Source of the DNA: Azolla caroliniana
Taxonomy: Eukaryota > Plantae > Polypodiophyta
DNA: 64,000 bases
Assembly (NCBI GenBank): GCA_043228905.1
Contig: JBHGNT010000146.1
Coordinates: forward strand, 2,276 to 66,275
Reading direction: 5' to 3'
The first letter of the stretch is position 1. Every line of letters begins with the position of its first letter. Both the position numbers and the translations under genes were made by a program. Below are positions 39,091 through 52,500 of the stretch, piece after piece. Below the pieces are notes generated by a model. It did no database searches. It worked only from the letters and a program-made list of their open reading frames with translations, and was not told the origin of the DNA.

Positions 39091-40065
39091 TAACAATCGG
39101 CAACAGTTCGGTTTGAACCGAACTAAACCGCGAAACCGCGGTTTAACGATTAAAATGGTTTGGTTCGGTTTCAAAAGTTAGAACCTGCGGTTTAAACGGT
39201 TTAACGGTTTTTATTTTTTATTTTTTTAAATTTAAAAAAATATTTAAAAAATTTGTTTTTAAATCATCTTTTCATTTTCATGCCTTATTCTCACATTTTA
39301 GGAAAATCTTTAAATTTTTGAAATTTTAAATAATGAAATATTTTAAAATTTAAAATTTTAATTTTAAATAATGCTTTCATGATTGATAGAAGGCATGAGG
39401 GTGAAGACAATATGTGAAGGAAGAAGTTGACGAGCATTCTTATGTGGAATTTCTAGATGTTAAGAGCATGTAGGGATATTGGCTTCAAGTGCATATTAGC
39501 AATGGGCCTGGTTCGGTTTCGGTGCCTTGAAACCAAACCAAACCAAACCCTTTATATAAAACAAAAACCAAACCAAACCGTTTATGAACATTTGAACATT
39601 TAAACCAAACCATTTAAAAAAAAGGTAAACTAAACCATTTAAACCAAAACCGTTTAGGGAAAAGTTAAAACCAAACTGAACCATTTAATAAATTTTTTTA
39701 ACCTAACCACATTTAAGCCAAGCTAATTAAAAAATTAATTAAATAAAAATACACAAAAATTAATAAGTATTTATGTTAAAATAAATAAATAAGATTAATT
39801 GAGCCATTAGATTAAATCAACAATTAAGTCAAGTGAATTAAACCAATGAAAAACATTAATTAAACCATTAAATTACATAAACATTTAATGGATAAAAAAA
39901 GATAGCCCAAAAACCTATAAACGTATAAAACCCTAGTTTCAAAACCGAACCGAACCGAAACCGAATCGTTTATTATTAATTAAAAACCAAACCAAACCAT
40001 TTAATTATTTTGGAACTTATAAACCTTTAAACCACGGTTTAACGGTTCGGTTCGGTTTTTATATT
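39091..40065. mobile_element. Further CGGTT/AACCG-rich MITE-like or DNA-transposon remnants
   Basis: Starts TAACAATCGGCAACAGTTCGGTT like the 38192 element, with many AAACC(G/A)AACC motifs. Confidence 0.55.
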
Positions 40066-40201
40066 AGCATGTCCCTCTCCGTAACATATAGGCTAGATAG
40101 ATAGAGGAGACTAAGTAAGAAGGGTTTTTTAACAAGTGGGCTTTCCGTACAATTAATATAATTGTGTGCCTTTAGCGAGAGAGAGAGAGAGAGAGCCCAA
40201 A

Positions 40202-40271
40202 TGGATGTAGCTCAGTTGGTAAGGTTGCCCAATGGAGACCAAGTGGTCATGGGTTCAACCCCTACATTCCA
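40202..40271 (+). pseudogene. tRNA-derived sequence (SINE head or tRNA pseudogene)
   Basis: A box TAGCTCAGTTGGT, B box GGTTCAACCCC, and GATGTAG/CTACATT complementarity. No clean anticodon arm. Confidence 0.6.
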
Positions 40272-40317
40272 CAGTGGCATCTAGTGAATTAAGAGATATA
40301 TATATGCAGTATATAAT

Positions 40318-40695
40318 AGAGAGAAGTGAGAAAATTGGGTTTCTAACCCAAGACATAGTGCTTGTAGTGTTAACAATTTACCACTAAGGTAAACTAATTA
40401 CATAAAAATAAGAGAGAGAGAGAGAAGTGAGAAAATTGGGTTTCTAACCCAAGACATAGTGCTTGTAGTGTTAACAATTTACCACTAAGGTAAACTAATT
40501 ACATAAAAATAAGAGAGAGAGAGAGAGAATATCTGCTTGTAGTGTTAACAATTTACCACTAAGGTAAACTAATTACATAAAAATAAGAGAGAGAGAGAAA
40601 ATTGGGTTTCTAACCCAAGACATAGTGCTTGTAGTGTTAACAATTTACCACTAAGGTAAACTAATTACATAAAAATAAGAGAGAGAGAGAGAGAA
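40318..40695. repeat. ~100 bp tandem repeat (about 3.6 units) just upstream of the BRIZ-like gene
   Basis: Unit AAAATTGGGTTTCTAACCCAAGACATAGTGCTTGTAGTGTTAACAATTTACCACTAAGGTAAACTAATTACATAAAAATAA(GA)n. Copies are near-identical. Confidence 0.9.
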
Positions 40696-40918
40696 TATCT
40701 TTAGAGTTCGAGTTCTTAAAGATCGAATTTTGTTTTTTGAGGAAGACAAAAAGGATTTGATTTTTTGTGGAATTATGGGAGGTTTTTATGAAGGGAGAAA
40801 GCAAAAGCAAGAAAAGCAAAAGGCAAAAGGTAAAAAGCAGAAAAGCAAAAAAAAGCAAGAGGCAAAGAGTAAAAGGAATGAAATGCTTTTTTGCTTTCGT
40901 TTTTGAAGGTTGTGGGCG

Positions 40919-43900
40919 ATGGAAGAAAACGAAGAAGAAGAAGAAGAAGAAGAAGAAGCAGAAGGAGAAGGAGAAGGAGAAGCAGGGGAGGGATCGAGGG
41001 CTGAGGTGAAGTGGAAGTCTGAGAGGAAGAGGAGCCCGATGAGATCTGGCGATGGCGATGGCGACTTAACAGAAGAAAAAGAAGAAGATAGAACCCTAGA
41101 ATTCGACATTAACAGAACTACATCATCAACAACAAATACGACGAGTGTTAGCTTCTCATCAGGAAACCCTCGCGTCGAAACAACGCGTGGGGTTATTCAA
41201 CTATTCAGAAACATCTCTTCTTCCTCTTCGGTGCTTGATGAAGCTCTCCCGGTTAGTGATTGATTCCGACTGCTGCTTCCCCTCTTCATGTAAATTTTCC
41301 ATTTTTCTGCTCTTGTTTTCCCTTCTATTCTCTACGAAGATTTTTTCTATTTTTTTCCTCGTTTTTTATTTCCCCATTCTTGTTCTGCTATTAAGTTTTT
41401 TCTTTTTCCTTTTAATTTTGTCACTGTAAAGAATTATTTAATCGATTTGATTTCGTTTTTCATTGTCCGTATTAGTTGAAGTCAATGACTATATTTTGTA
41501 GAACCCATGCTATAATTTTTAGATCTTCTTGATTGTGCGAGTGTTGATGGAAAAAACAATCTACACTGACAGCACGGTAGTTTTTGTACCTACCTTGGCT
41601 TGTATGGACGTTGATGTATGAATTTTTACCTACTCTTAAAAACTGATTTATGTTTTTCAATCTTCTTGATTCTGTTACTGTTCAACAAATCCACTGCAAT
41701 TTCAGGTCAAATCAAGGCAAAATTAAAAAACCAGGCCTCTATTTTGCATCCTTATAAAGGAAGTGCCATTTTTCCAATGAAGTATAACCTAAACTCTGGA
41801 GAAATATTTCACATGATCAAAATCATGAATCGATACCATGAGAATTTACAAAGTACGAGATATATGAAAATATTGATCAATGACAAACATGACCCTGTAT
41901 TGAAAGGTCATATGTAAGATCAGCCACGTGAGAGAGCTGACATATACAGTATTATTATCTACATATGTGGAATCTTTTTCCTTATAATTATGCATTTGTG
42001 CCGTGCTTGTTTATTTAATAGAAACAGTCAGCCTTATCCATTTTGTTGTGTGTGCTTTACCTTCTTCTTCCTCTATTTGGAAAATATAGCACCATAAATT
42101 CAAGTTTCCACTTTACTTGTGTTGTAGTTGTTTCCAACACTCAGTTTAACCTGACCTCTGCAAGCTTACAACATGCAACTTTTCATGTTTCTCAGGTCAA
42201 TCGCAGCGCGCATGTATGTGTACTTGCAATTCCAAACCATATGACAGGTGCTGAATTTTGCCAGTTTACTGGGGCCTTTCTCCAAGATGTAAAAGAAATG
42301 CGGTTTGTGAGGTGACCATTTGATAATTCTGTTGTGTTACAAACTCACAGTAAATGTGACATTTAAAATGCAGATGTAGGGTTTTCTTCCATTATTCTAA
42401 TTCCCACCTTACTAGTGCATTGTGTATCTTATTTTACAGAAATGATGGATCGAGTGACAGATATAGTGCTCTAATAAAGTTTGACAGTCAGAAATCCGCC
42501 GATGATTTTTTTAAGCACTATAATGGGAAGCTTTTCTCATCATTTGAGGTTTGACTAATTTTTAAAATGTCTTCTCTTGCTTGGAGAGAACAGGTCTTAT
42601 AATAGATTGTTGTATTATTTAATTATAGGAAGAAGTCTGCCATGTGCTATTCACTGCAGATGTGGAGTATACTAATTCAATTGAAGAAGCTTCTAGTCCG
42701 CCGATTGGTTCGACTGAGCTTCCTACATGTCCATTTTGTTTGGGTAAGAACAATGTGATCATGAAATTGTTATATAAGTATATGTGTGTATAAGTCAATA
42801 ACATGCATCACCTAGAAAAATATTCAGTAGCATATCAAAGATATGTTAAAATTAGTAGAAAAGTATTCCTGGCAGCCACTTGCAGATGTACTCTAGCCTA
42901 TGGAAAACAATGTTGAACTGCAAAAGTTAGTCTTCATGCATCTGATATGAACTTAGAGGGGGAAGGTGAATTGTGATGTTATTACCTACAGCTGTCCAAA
43001 TAACTCACAAAGTTAAATGCTGCATTTCACGTTTTAATGCAAGATTTCATATCTAGCTATCTCGTCCATATACCAAAGATAATAAAAAAAATTCCTCCCA
43101 AAAATATAAATAACCCTGTATATCAAGATATTTGCAAGAATTCTTTGGTAATTCTACAATGATATTGAAGGTACCACATGGATTAAACATGTTAACCACA
43201 TCTAAGATGGCGATTATTGGGAATAAGCTATCTTGCTACTGTGTAATAAATGGGAGACAAGGAGAACCACAAGAATGAATCATGATCAAAGTAGTTGTGG
43301 TTTGAGAGGTAATTTTTCTTCCGGAACATGGAGCCTCTTTTGCTACCATTTCAACATTGTGTCCTTTACCCCAAAGCTTTTAATTGATCTTTATATTGAA
43401 GATTGGCACACATTTAGATAGTTGTAGCCTAGCATGAGTGTGGTCTGGATCTTGCCAAGCTGCATCCTTACATGTGTGGATATACGATTATTAATATTAT
43501 GCCTTTGATTAGCGGTTAAAAGAAAACCACACTTCTTGAAGTTGATTAATAGTCCAATAGTTGTCCTACAAAATCCTCTAGAGCACTTGGATTGCTTTGG
43601 TTGTCTCTAGTATTTGTGATGACAATGAGTGTTTTTTTATCAAGCAGAGAGTTCAGAAAATTGGATGTCTGCTATGCAATCAGAATATGATGCTATTTTG
43701 AAAAATGCTACTTGGTCATTTGCTTTGAAGCAAACAGCCCATTTGCATTAAATGGGTCATAAATAGATGTCATTTCCCAACTTCAGTGGTGGAAAGGCCA
43801 TTTGCACTAGATGCTTGTTGCCTAAGCTTGATAAAAATATTGATGGACATAAGGCTATGCTCAAAAGAAGGGCATTTTTTTATGAGACCTTTCCCCCCAT

Positions 43901-46900
43901 CTGACAACCATTCGTAGCATTTGTGCACTTGCTGCAGCTCTTCATAGTCGAAATGTAGATCAGTTGGACATTAAAACTGCATTTCTACGTAATGATCTAT
44001 ATGAAGGAGTGTATGTATCTCAACCCTTTGGATTTGTGCAGGAAAGGCCTGAAAACAAAGTATGATGCTTGCGTAAGGGATTGTATGGATTGAAGCAAGC
44101 ACAACATGCTTGTTATGAAAAGCAACATGCCTACTTACTAGAACATGGATTTGAGAACAGTCCAACTGAGAGAAATTCATATGTCAAGTGTGCAGATGGG
44201 TACTTCTGATCATGGTTGTATATCTTGATCACATGCTACTCATTGTTCCTAATGAGAAGCATATTGCTAATTTGCATGTGTGAGAAAAGCTGTTACTAGC
44301 AACAGCCGAACAGTTGGAAGAAAAAATAGACACAGCCAAGCTGTGAGAAGGCTGTTAGACAGCAGTGGTAAAATAGTTGCAAAGAGTAGAGACACAGCAA
44401 AGAGCAGAGCCTGTTAGTAATTTCATCAAAATTGAAGTTCTTACAAAAGAGTCTGGTATAGCCTATTTATACAAAATTGGAAAACGTAGGTCAAATGGTT
44501 GTTTGGTAGTCAAGTGACTCTTGAACTACCAAACAGGTACAATAAATGAGGAATAAGAGAGAATAATCTTGGAAAAGTGGAAGAGAGAGAAGGCATTTAA
44601 AGAGTTGCAGATTTAGAGAGAGAAGAATCTAGTAAGAGAGACAATTTAGAGGAGAGATAATAAAGAGAAAGAGAGTGCAGGTCTAGAGCTGCCATCCTCC
44701 AACATGCCCCTTTTGAGAAGCTAGATTTGGGTCATTTGAATCATTATTCGGGTGTTCAGTTTAACAAGCTGATAGAAGAGTAGCATTGTATCAAACAAAC
44801 ATTGATATATTATTATGATGTTTGGATCTTGCTATTTGAAAGGTACTCATCATCTTCCTTTATTCCAAGGGGGAACTTAATCACCAGGGTTACATGCTTT
44901 CTCTAACGCAGATTAAGCTGGTTGTTATGAGACTCATGTGTCCATTGGTGTTTTTTGTTTCATGATTGGCAGCCCATGCATATCCTGGTTGAGCAAGCAG
45001 ACTACTATGGTCACTTCTAGGGCTTCTAGTTACTTTTGAGGTTACTAACTTGTGGATTGATTGTATTCCACATAGCTTGCATTGCCTATAATGAGTGTGA
45101 GTTCTGTGCTCATCACATCACCAGTGGGAGGGATTTGTTGATATATTGTGATAGTGATGGGTGAACACAGTTATGAAATGTAGGGATTTTTAGCCTCTTT
45201 AGAACTTTTTTACCCTAGCCCAAAAGTATAACCCTTACCATCACGGCACTCAGGTGTGCTGCATTCTTTAAATATACTGTCCTATTTTCTGTTGTGTGTT
45301 TCTCTAGCAACAGAATCGAACGAATGCCCCAATCATTGTTTCAAGGTTCTTGACATCTTCTTGTGGGCTTACCTTTTCAGCCCAGCCAACAACTTGTACA
45401 TATAATGCACAAGGTTTCCTTTTGGTTTCTGCTTCTTATGTGGTGTTCATCACTTCCTTCTTATATATTGGTGCTCCTTTTTGCTTTGTTACTGACCCTA
45501 ACCAAGGAGCATTTTCTTTAATTTCTTTTAAGTATGCCCAAGTGTACAATTGTTGAGATGCATTTTTCATCCACCTCATATCCTTCTTATAATTGATTTT
45601 AATAGCTAGTAGTTTGACCTTACTTGAGGAGATACCATCCTTTAGGTACTTAGCCATGTCATTGTTGAGTTCTAAAATTGATTTCTTTATGAAACTTGCG
45701 ATATCAATTTGTATAGCTTCTAATAATTCTATCTTTAGAAGGGATGCAACTCTCCTTTCTGCTTCTCGATCTCCTTCTGCATTCCTTTTTCAAGGTTCTT
45801 TTTTTTATGGTTAATCTCTTGAGTTATCAAATGGTGTAAGAGATTGTCTTTTCCTTCTTTGACATTCATTGGGACATGCATTTAGGGTGCCATCCAGCAC
45901 CACCTAGGGTTCCCCCAATCCCGTCCTTTTCTTTTACAGTATTTTCTTAGCGTCCTTTATTAAGCTGACCCATCTTGATGGGTGTTGAGAGTCATGTCTT
46001 CATTCGCTAACTATTTGGAGTCCAAGGTCTTCCATAGGTAGGACAATGGGTACAAGGATGAGGTTTGAGATTGGGTTAAGCAAACATGGAGTGAACTGAG
46101 ACAGAAAGAAAGATATATTAACATCTTTTAAGACACCAATATGGCCTATAGAACCAAACAAGAGATTATCTCTTAAAATGTTATCCCGTCTTTGAGAAAT
46201 AAATGTAACTAAATAAAAATAAATGTGACTGAAGAATTCTGTTATCTGTACATGTATGACTCTGAAGTCAGATAGATTGTGATTTTTGTCCTCGAAAGAT
46301 CTAGCTGACTTGAGAGGAAGAGGTAAAGTTATGGGTCACATGAAGGATAGGATTGAAAGGCTAAAGGTAGCCTGCCACTCTTTGGGTTTGGAGGCTTGAG
46401 GGAGGTTAAAAAATGAACACTTTTCTAACAGCAGCTTGAAATAGAACGATGCTTAGTATCACAAGGTGAGAACAAAGATAAAATTTAATGCTAGCATGGT
46501 ATCCTCTTAGGGAAAAAATAAAGATCCCTTTGCTCTGTAAGTAACTAATAAGTCTTTGGTGAAAAATTATAAAAATTAAGGTTCTTGAGTCTGAAGTAAT
46601 TCCAACTAATGCCAAAGTAATGTCTAGCCCCTTATTCTATCTGAACATCTCTAAAGCACACTTACCAAATATGCATGGTTTGGATAGTGTCTGAGTATAT
46701 TGCTGCCCACAATTCAGCAGCTGCTTTATCTCTGTAAAGCTCTTACATACAGCAGTACATTGCCTAGCGATGATGTTGGCGAGATCTTGAATATGCGAGG
46801 CTTTCCACGATCATTTTAATCCAATAAAATGAGCTTGAAACAAGCTGGATAATGCAGATTAGATCTTGATAGTATTATGGATTTTTTTGTTTATTGTACT

Positions 46901-48959
46901 TGTATTTATTTTAAAGAGTTTGTCTTGCATGTATCTGAAATCCTGCGTCAGACCCTAATTTATATTTTGTAACGTGTATGCACGCTAATGATCTGCACTT
47001 CTACACATAAACCAATATCTATTATGTATGTATGGTCATGATATTTGAACTTAGTTATTCATCTTGTCCTCACCTGCAGAAAGACTGGATCAGCATATAA
47101 GTGGAATCTTGACAACGGTATGTAATCATACATTTCATTGTTCCTGTATTTCCAAGTGGACAGACTCGACATGCCCTGTAAGATCCCACACCTGAACTCT
47201 TTTAGTTTTTCCAGTGCTCTGAAGGTAATATTTTCACTGACCTGCTTTTCTGTTTTTTTGCAGGTCTGTAGGTATTGCCAAGAAGAGCCAGGGAAGTCCA
47301 CGTGTACAATTTGTTCCACATCTGAGAATTTATGGATCTGTGTAATCTGTGGGTTTGTAGGATGTGGAAGGTAAGTCAGCGCCATTTTTAGGGGACAATT
47401 GAATCTGTTTCTTACTGTGTTTATGAATAGCATATGGTTTCTTTCAGATATCAGCAAGGACATGCAATCATGCATTGGAAAGAGAGTCAGCATTGCTACT
47501 CTCTTGAAGTTGAAACACAACGTGTATGGGATTATGTGGGTGATGGATATGTTCATCGTTTGATTCAGTCGAAAACAGATGGGAAGCTTGTAGAACTAAA
47601 TGCACCCTGCAGAGGAAGTGGGGAATGTGGTGGTTGTGATTGCAGCCATGAATCGGAAATGGCCGAAGCATTAATGAATAGCAAAATAGATGGAGTGAGT
47701 GTTCTGATACATGCAAAATTTGTCAATGATGTCTTTATCCAAAAAACAAAGGTTCACTGTCTGACAGAACTTCTAATTCCAACCTTGGTTTTGTCAATCT
47801 TTGACATAGATAGCTGCCCAATATAACCAACTTCTCACTAATCAGCTGGAGAGTCAAAGACAGGTTGTTTGTGTAAACCTTGTATGACTTATCATGTATG
47901 TTACTGTTAACCTTTCTTTGTTTACACAAGCTGATAGTGATTAATTTCTAGTACTATGAAGGTCTTCTTGCAAAGACAAAGGAAGAAATAGATTTGGCTG
48001 TTTCTCAAGCTGTGGAAAAAGCTGCGAGTCTGAAGTCACAAAAACTGCAGGCAAAGCTAGAGGAAGTTGAGCGAGAGACACAATTTCTTTTAGAAGTTAG
48101 TATCTATTTTTGTATTCAAACCAAAAAGGGAAGTGGATATCAATTGAGTGCAATTAACATAATAGCTGCCCATATTGCTGTAACTCTGAAGAGGTAGTTG
48201 CTAGTGCTTTCGTTTATAGTTTGTCTCAAAACAGGTCAATGCATCCATGAAGGCAAACCAAGATTCTTGGAGGGCAGCAATCAAGGAAGCTGAAATAAGG
48301 TAGGTCGGCTCACAAGAGCTTTATAGTCTAAAACCCACTCAAAGCACATTGTCTTAATGTCATAACTTTTTCGCAGAGAAAAATCAGCTACTAAGGAGCG
48401 CGATGATAAAATTGCAGAGTTAGAGGAGCAGGTTTAGAAGAACTTACTTTAATTTAATATCGTCTTCATATGGCTGCTCATCTTTTCTTACTTGGAACTT
48501 ACTTTCTCTAATCATGTTCTTTCTCGTTTGCCATTTTATCAATTTCTGCATAATGAAAGCGCATTAACATTTGTACTTCTGATCTGTCTCATATGCCGAT
48601 TTGGGCCTCCAGTAGATGTTTGTCTCTACCTGTTTTTTCATATGGAGCAAATAGTAGTAATAGACTTGGGTTCAAATCCTGCCATTTACTACATTGTGTG
48701 GGATGCAGGGGTTGAACACATAACCTATTTACTCTTCTTCATTTAATCTCATACTGAAATACTCCATTGTAGTAACCATTATAAATGACCCACGTTTACT
48801 GGTTGCTAGGTAAGGGATTTCATGGTTTTCATTGAAGCTCAGAAGACATTGGAAGCAGCTAGCTCTTCCGATATACGCGATGGGACTATTTTAACATTGT
48901 CTGGTGCTGTACCTACTTCAAAACAATATCTGAAAACTGCTGGTAGAAAAAGAAGATAA
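40919..48959 (+). CDS. BRIZ: BRAP2-domain RING-H2 / UBP-type zinc finger E3 ubiquitin ligase (BRIZ/BRAP family), ~530 aa, 12 exons
   Basis: Exons 40919-41251, 42196-42311, 42440-42548, 42629-42743, 47080-47177, 47264-47370, 47448-47694, 47810-47863, 47952-48095, 48235-48299, 48377-48431, 48810-48959. Motifs FSSGNPRVETTRG, ELPTCPFCLERLD..CNHTFHCSC..CPVCRY, LWICVICGFVGCGRY, QRVWDYVGDGYVHRLIQSKTDGKLVE, and coiled coil LEEQVRDFMVFIE. Confidence 0.93.
43700..44280 (+). mobile_element. Decayed copia RT remnant in BRIZ intron 4
   Basis: QLDIKTAFLRNDLYEGVYVSQPFGF and LRKGLYGLKQA. Confidence 0.7.
44280..44712 (-). mobile_element. LTR fragment with PPT, minus strand
   Basis: Minus strand AAGGGGCA|TGTTGGAGG, with TATAAATAGG inside. 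Confidence 0.5.
46100..46302 (-). mobile_element. LINE family A 3' end in a BRIZ intron
   Basis: GAAAGAAAGATATATTAACATCTTTTAAGACACCAATATGGCCTATAG... Confidence 0.7.
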
Positions 48960-49526
48960 TTTTAATTATGTATTGACTTACAGAGCAGATCATTAACACT
49001 CAAATAGATTAACAACTATGTTAAGTGTATATTCCCATAACCAACTTCAAAATGCCTTTACAACCCTTAATAAATCTGAACATCTTCGATTCTTAGTTCT
49101 GATGTGAGTCTTCGTTATATATCAATTTTGGACTAGCATGGTTTGCACGTGTGTTATATTTTTTTATTGTTTTGTGGAAGATGCAATATATAAAGAAGAT
49201 TTGAGCATTTTACAGGATGCAATGTTTAACTTGTGGTTGCGATTGGATACCCTACAATGACTCATCAATATTGGAATGGAGTGAAAGTGAGCTTCGTAAA
49301 TATAATTAAAGTTGTTTTGACCAAAGATCCTAGTATGTATGCATGCTCAGTTATATCTTGAATTCAAATGTGTTATGATGATGTCAAAACAAAAAACTGC
49401 TATTTAAAGAAAGAATGCCACTTTTATCATTTAGCTTTCATCTCATCTTTTATATTCTATGTTGGGATTCTCTAACATGACCAAGCTTCAGCACCTTTGT
49501 TCTGTCTTCGAAGTTTGCAAATGGAC

Positions 49527-52500
49527 TGTCGAATACATGTGTATAATGGACGTATTCACACTATCCCGTTTTGGCCATTTATGTAATTAGCATAAAGGGT
49601 AGTTGCCCTAAGTCGGTCACTATATATAGTGACCTTGTAACCTTCTTGTAAGGTTGGGTGTTGTATTATTGCTTTGTGGAATAAAGAGTCTTTTGTGTCT
49701 CTCTCTCTCTCTCTCTCTGTGCAACGACCTAAAAACTGTCATACGCAGGTACTCAACAGCAATCGAATGCTTCTTGATCTTCCGCATAGACGACCTTGTT
49801 CCCAACATCTGGTATCAGAGCCTGCACAGTATTCGGTCCTTCAATCCGCTGTCGGACGTCGTCTCAGCCTGCACAACATTCGGTTTCTTGCGTCATTCGA
49901 AGAAGAGAGAAGAAGAAGAAAAACGAGGCTCGCATCTCATCGCGTTAGATCATCTTCGCTTGGAGTAAGCCAACAGGTTGTACTCTGTTCCTTGTGATCG
50001 TAACCGCTCGAGGTGAAATCCCCCTGTGCAACATTGACACGATCGTGCTCCACTCGGTTAAACGGCATCCGAAGAGGTCATCAAACGCTGCTCGCCGCTC
50101 ATTGTAACCACTCGGTGCAGATCGGTCTCAAGACAACAACCCCAATTCGTGCTTCATCCGGCTGATCGACATTCGAGAGGATCAGTTGGATCTGTCTCTC
50201 TCGTCGCTGCAGCCACCCGAAGCAGAATCGGTCCAGACAATCGGTTTCAATAATCGGTATTCGGCATATATATCCGAAGCGAACCGGGCTCACTCCGACT
50301 CGGCAACATTCGGGAAGACCAGTCGGTTCTGTCCCTCAAGTTACCGGAGTCAATTCGAGCAAGTTCAACAATACATATATCCGAAACCGAACCGACTCGG
50401 GTTCAAATCCGACTAGAACGATATCGGGTGAGCCAACCGGCTGCACTCCAACAAGGTTCGTAGTCAACTCCGAACCGAGCTCCGTCAACCGAAACCAAAT
50501 TTGATGGCATCAACATCCGGCTCGTCAGAAATGAGTCTACGCAAGTTCGATGGATCGAACTTCAACTTCTGGAAGGAACAAATGCAGGACTATCTCATAG
50601 TCAAGGGGCAAATCGATCCCATCGAAAATGAAGAACCTCCAGAAGGATACAAACCAATTGAGTGGCAGAAGCTGGACAGAATCGTCCGCGCCACGATTCG
50701 GATGCACCTATCGGAATCGGTATACTTTACGGTGCAATCGTGTACGACAGCATTCGAACTGTGGAAAACACTGTCGGACACTTACGAAAAGAAGGTCGCC
50801 GCAACGAAGATGTTTCTGATCCGGCGCCTCTACAACTTGCGGATGAAAGAATCCGATTCGGTTCAAGCACATCTCAATGAGTACGAAAGCATAAGCTCCC
50901 AAATCTCGTCACAGGGGACGGCAATCGAGGATGAACTCAGAGCAATGATACTCATGAGCAGCCTTCCCTCATCATGGGAAACTTTCGTCACAACCGTGTG
51001 CAACGCGTCAACCACGGCTGTTAAATACTCCGAAGTCACGAGCGCAATCCTGACCGAAGCAGCTCGGAGAAAGTCTTTCGCCAAAGACTCAACAGACGAC
51101 GCTTACGTAGTACAAGGTTCGACAGACCGATCGAACATACGAGGAAGAGATTCCTCACGGCCGCCGAACAATCAGCGAAGACGGAGCCAGTCACGGGATA
51201 ACCGAATCTGCAACTATTGCAAGAAACCCGGACACATCAAAGCCGACTGCCGCGCACTCAAGAACAAGAACAACAAGAAGAGTGGCCGGCATGAGGAGAT
51301 CAATTACGTCAGCTTCTCAGCTGATGTGCTACCAAACGACCCGAATATACTATCAATCGAAAATCCAGTCGGCTCAGAAGTTCTGCTCACGACTGAAGAA
51401 TCGAGCACATGGCTCTTGGATTCGGGTGCGTCATTTCACGTGACTCCTCATAGATCCCAATTTCGGCAATATACGATCCGTCACTCCGACTCAGTTCGAG
51501 TCGGCAACTCACAACACTGTGACATCATCGGAATCGGCACAGTAGAGCTCAACCTTGCAGGTGGCTCTACACTTGTACTTCACAATGTCCGACATGTACC
51601 CGAGCTCTCAAGGCCATTGATCTCAGTCGGACAACTAGATGAAGACGGCATTCGTGCCGGTTTTTCTTCGGGAGGGTGGACACTCCACAGGGGGAACCTC
51701 CTGCTTGCTAGAGGACCCAAGATACACTCCCTGTATCCGTTACATGTTACGCTCAGAGAGGGTAACCTGTTTTTGGTGGATATTCCTGTGTCATCACTAT
51801 GGCACCGAAGATTAGGACACCTCAGCAAGGCCGGCATTACGCATCTATCTAGAGCCGGATACATCCCCAAACTCTCCTTCTCGGACCATCAATTCTGCGA
51901 GCATTGCCAGTATGGCAAACAAGCAGCCGCATCACACCCGACATCAGCACCAAGAGAAACGAGACCTCTCGATTTGGTCCACTCGGACGTCTGTGGCCCG
52001 ATGCCGCATCAGTCTCTTGGTGGTGCCTCTTACTTCGTCAGTTTTATTGACGATTCGACTCGAAAGGTGTGGGCTTATCCAATTCGCACCAAAGATCGTG
52101 TCTTCTCGATCTTCTCCGATTGGCTCGCTATGGTAGAAAATCAAACCGACCGAAAGCTGAAATGCTTTCGGACAGACAATGGGGGAGAGTTCAAATCGGA
52201 AGAATTCGCCAAATTCTGCCGACAACGCGGCATCCGACGTGAATTTACGGCACCACACAGTCCGGAGCAAAACGGGATTGCCGAACGCATGAATCGGACA
52301 ATCCAAGAACGGATAGTTTCCATGCTCCAACACTCCGGACTGTCGGATGGCTTCTGGGCAGAGGCTCTACTCACGGCAGCACACATAATCAATATGTCGC
52401 CAAGTAGACCTCTAGGACTTCAAATTCCTCAGGAACTATGGATCGGCAGTAAGCCGAAATACGACAAGCTGAGGATCTTCGGATGCGAGGCGTACGCCCT

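Noticed and set aside
40202-40271. Functional tRNA gene
   Set aside because: No convincing anticodon stem-loop and no T-run terminator. Kept only as tRNA-derived sequence.
40318-40695. CRISPR-like array
   Set aside because: Units are fully repeated with no unique spacers, there are no cas genes, and the context is eukaryotic.
40661-41109. Lys-rich and Ser-rich ORFs overlapping BRIZ exon 1
   Set aside because: Alternative frames of the (GAA)n tract that encodes the acidic N-terminus.
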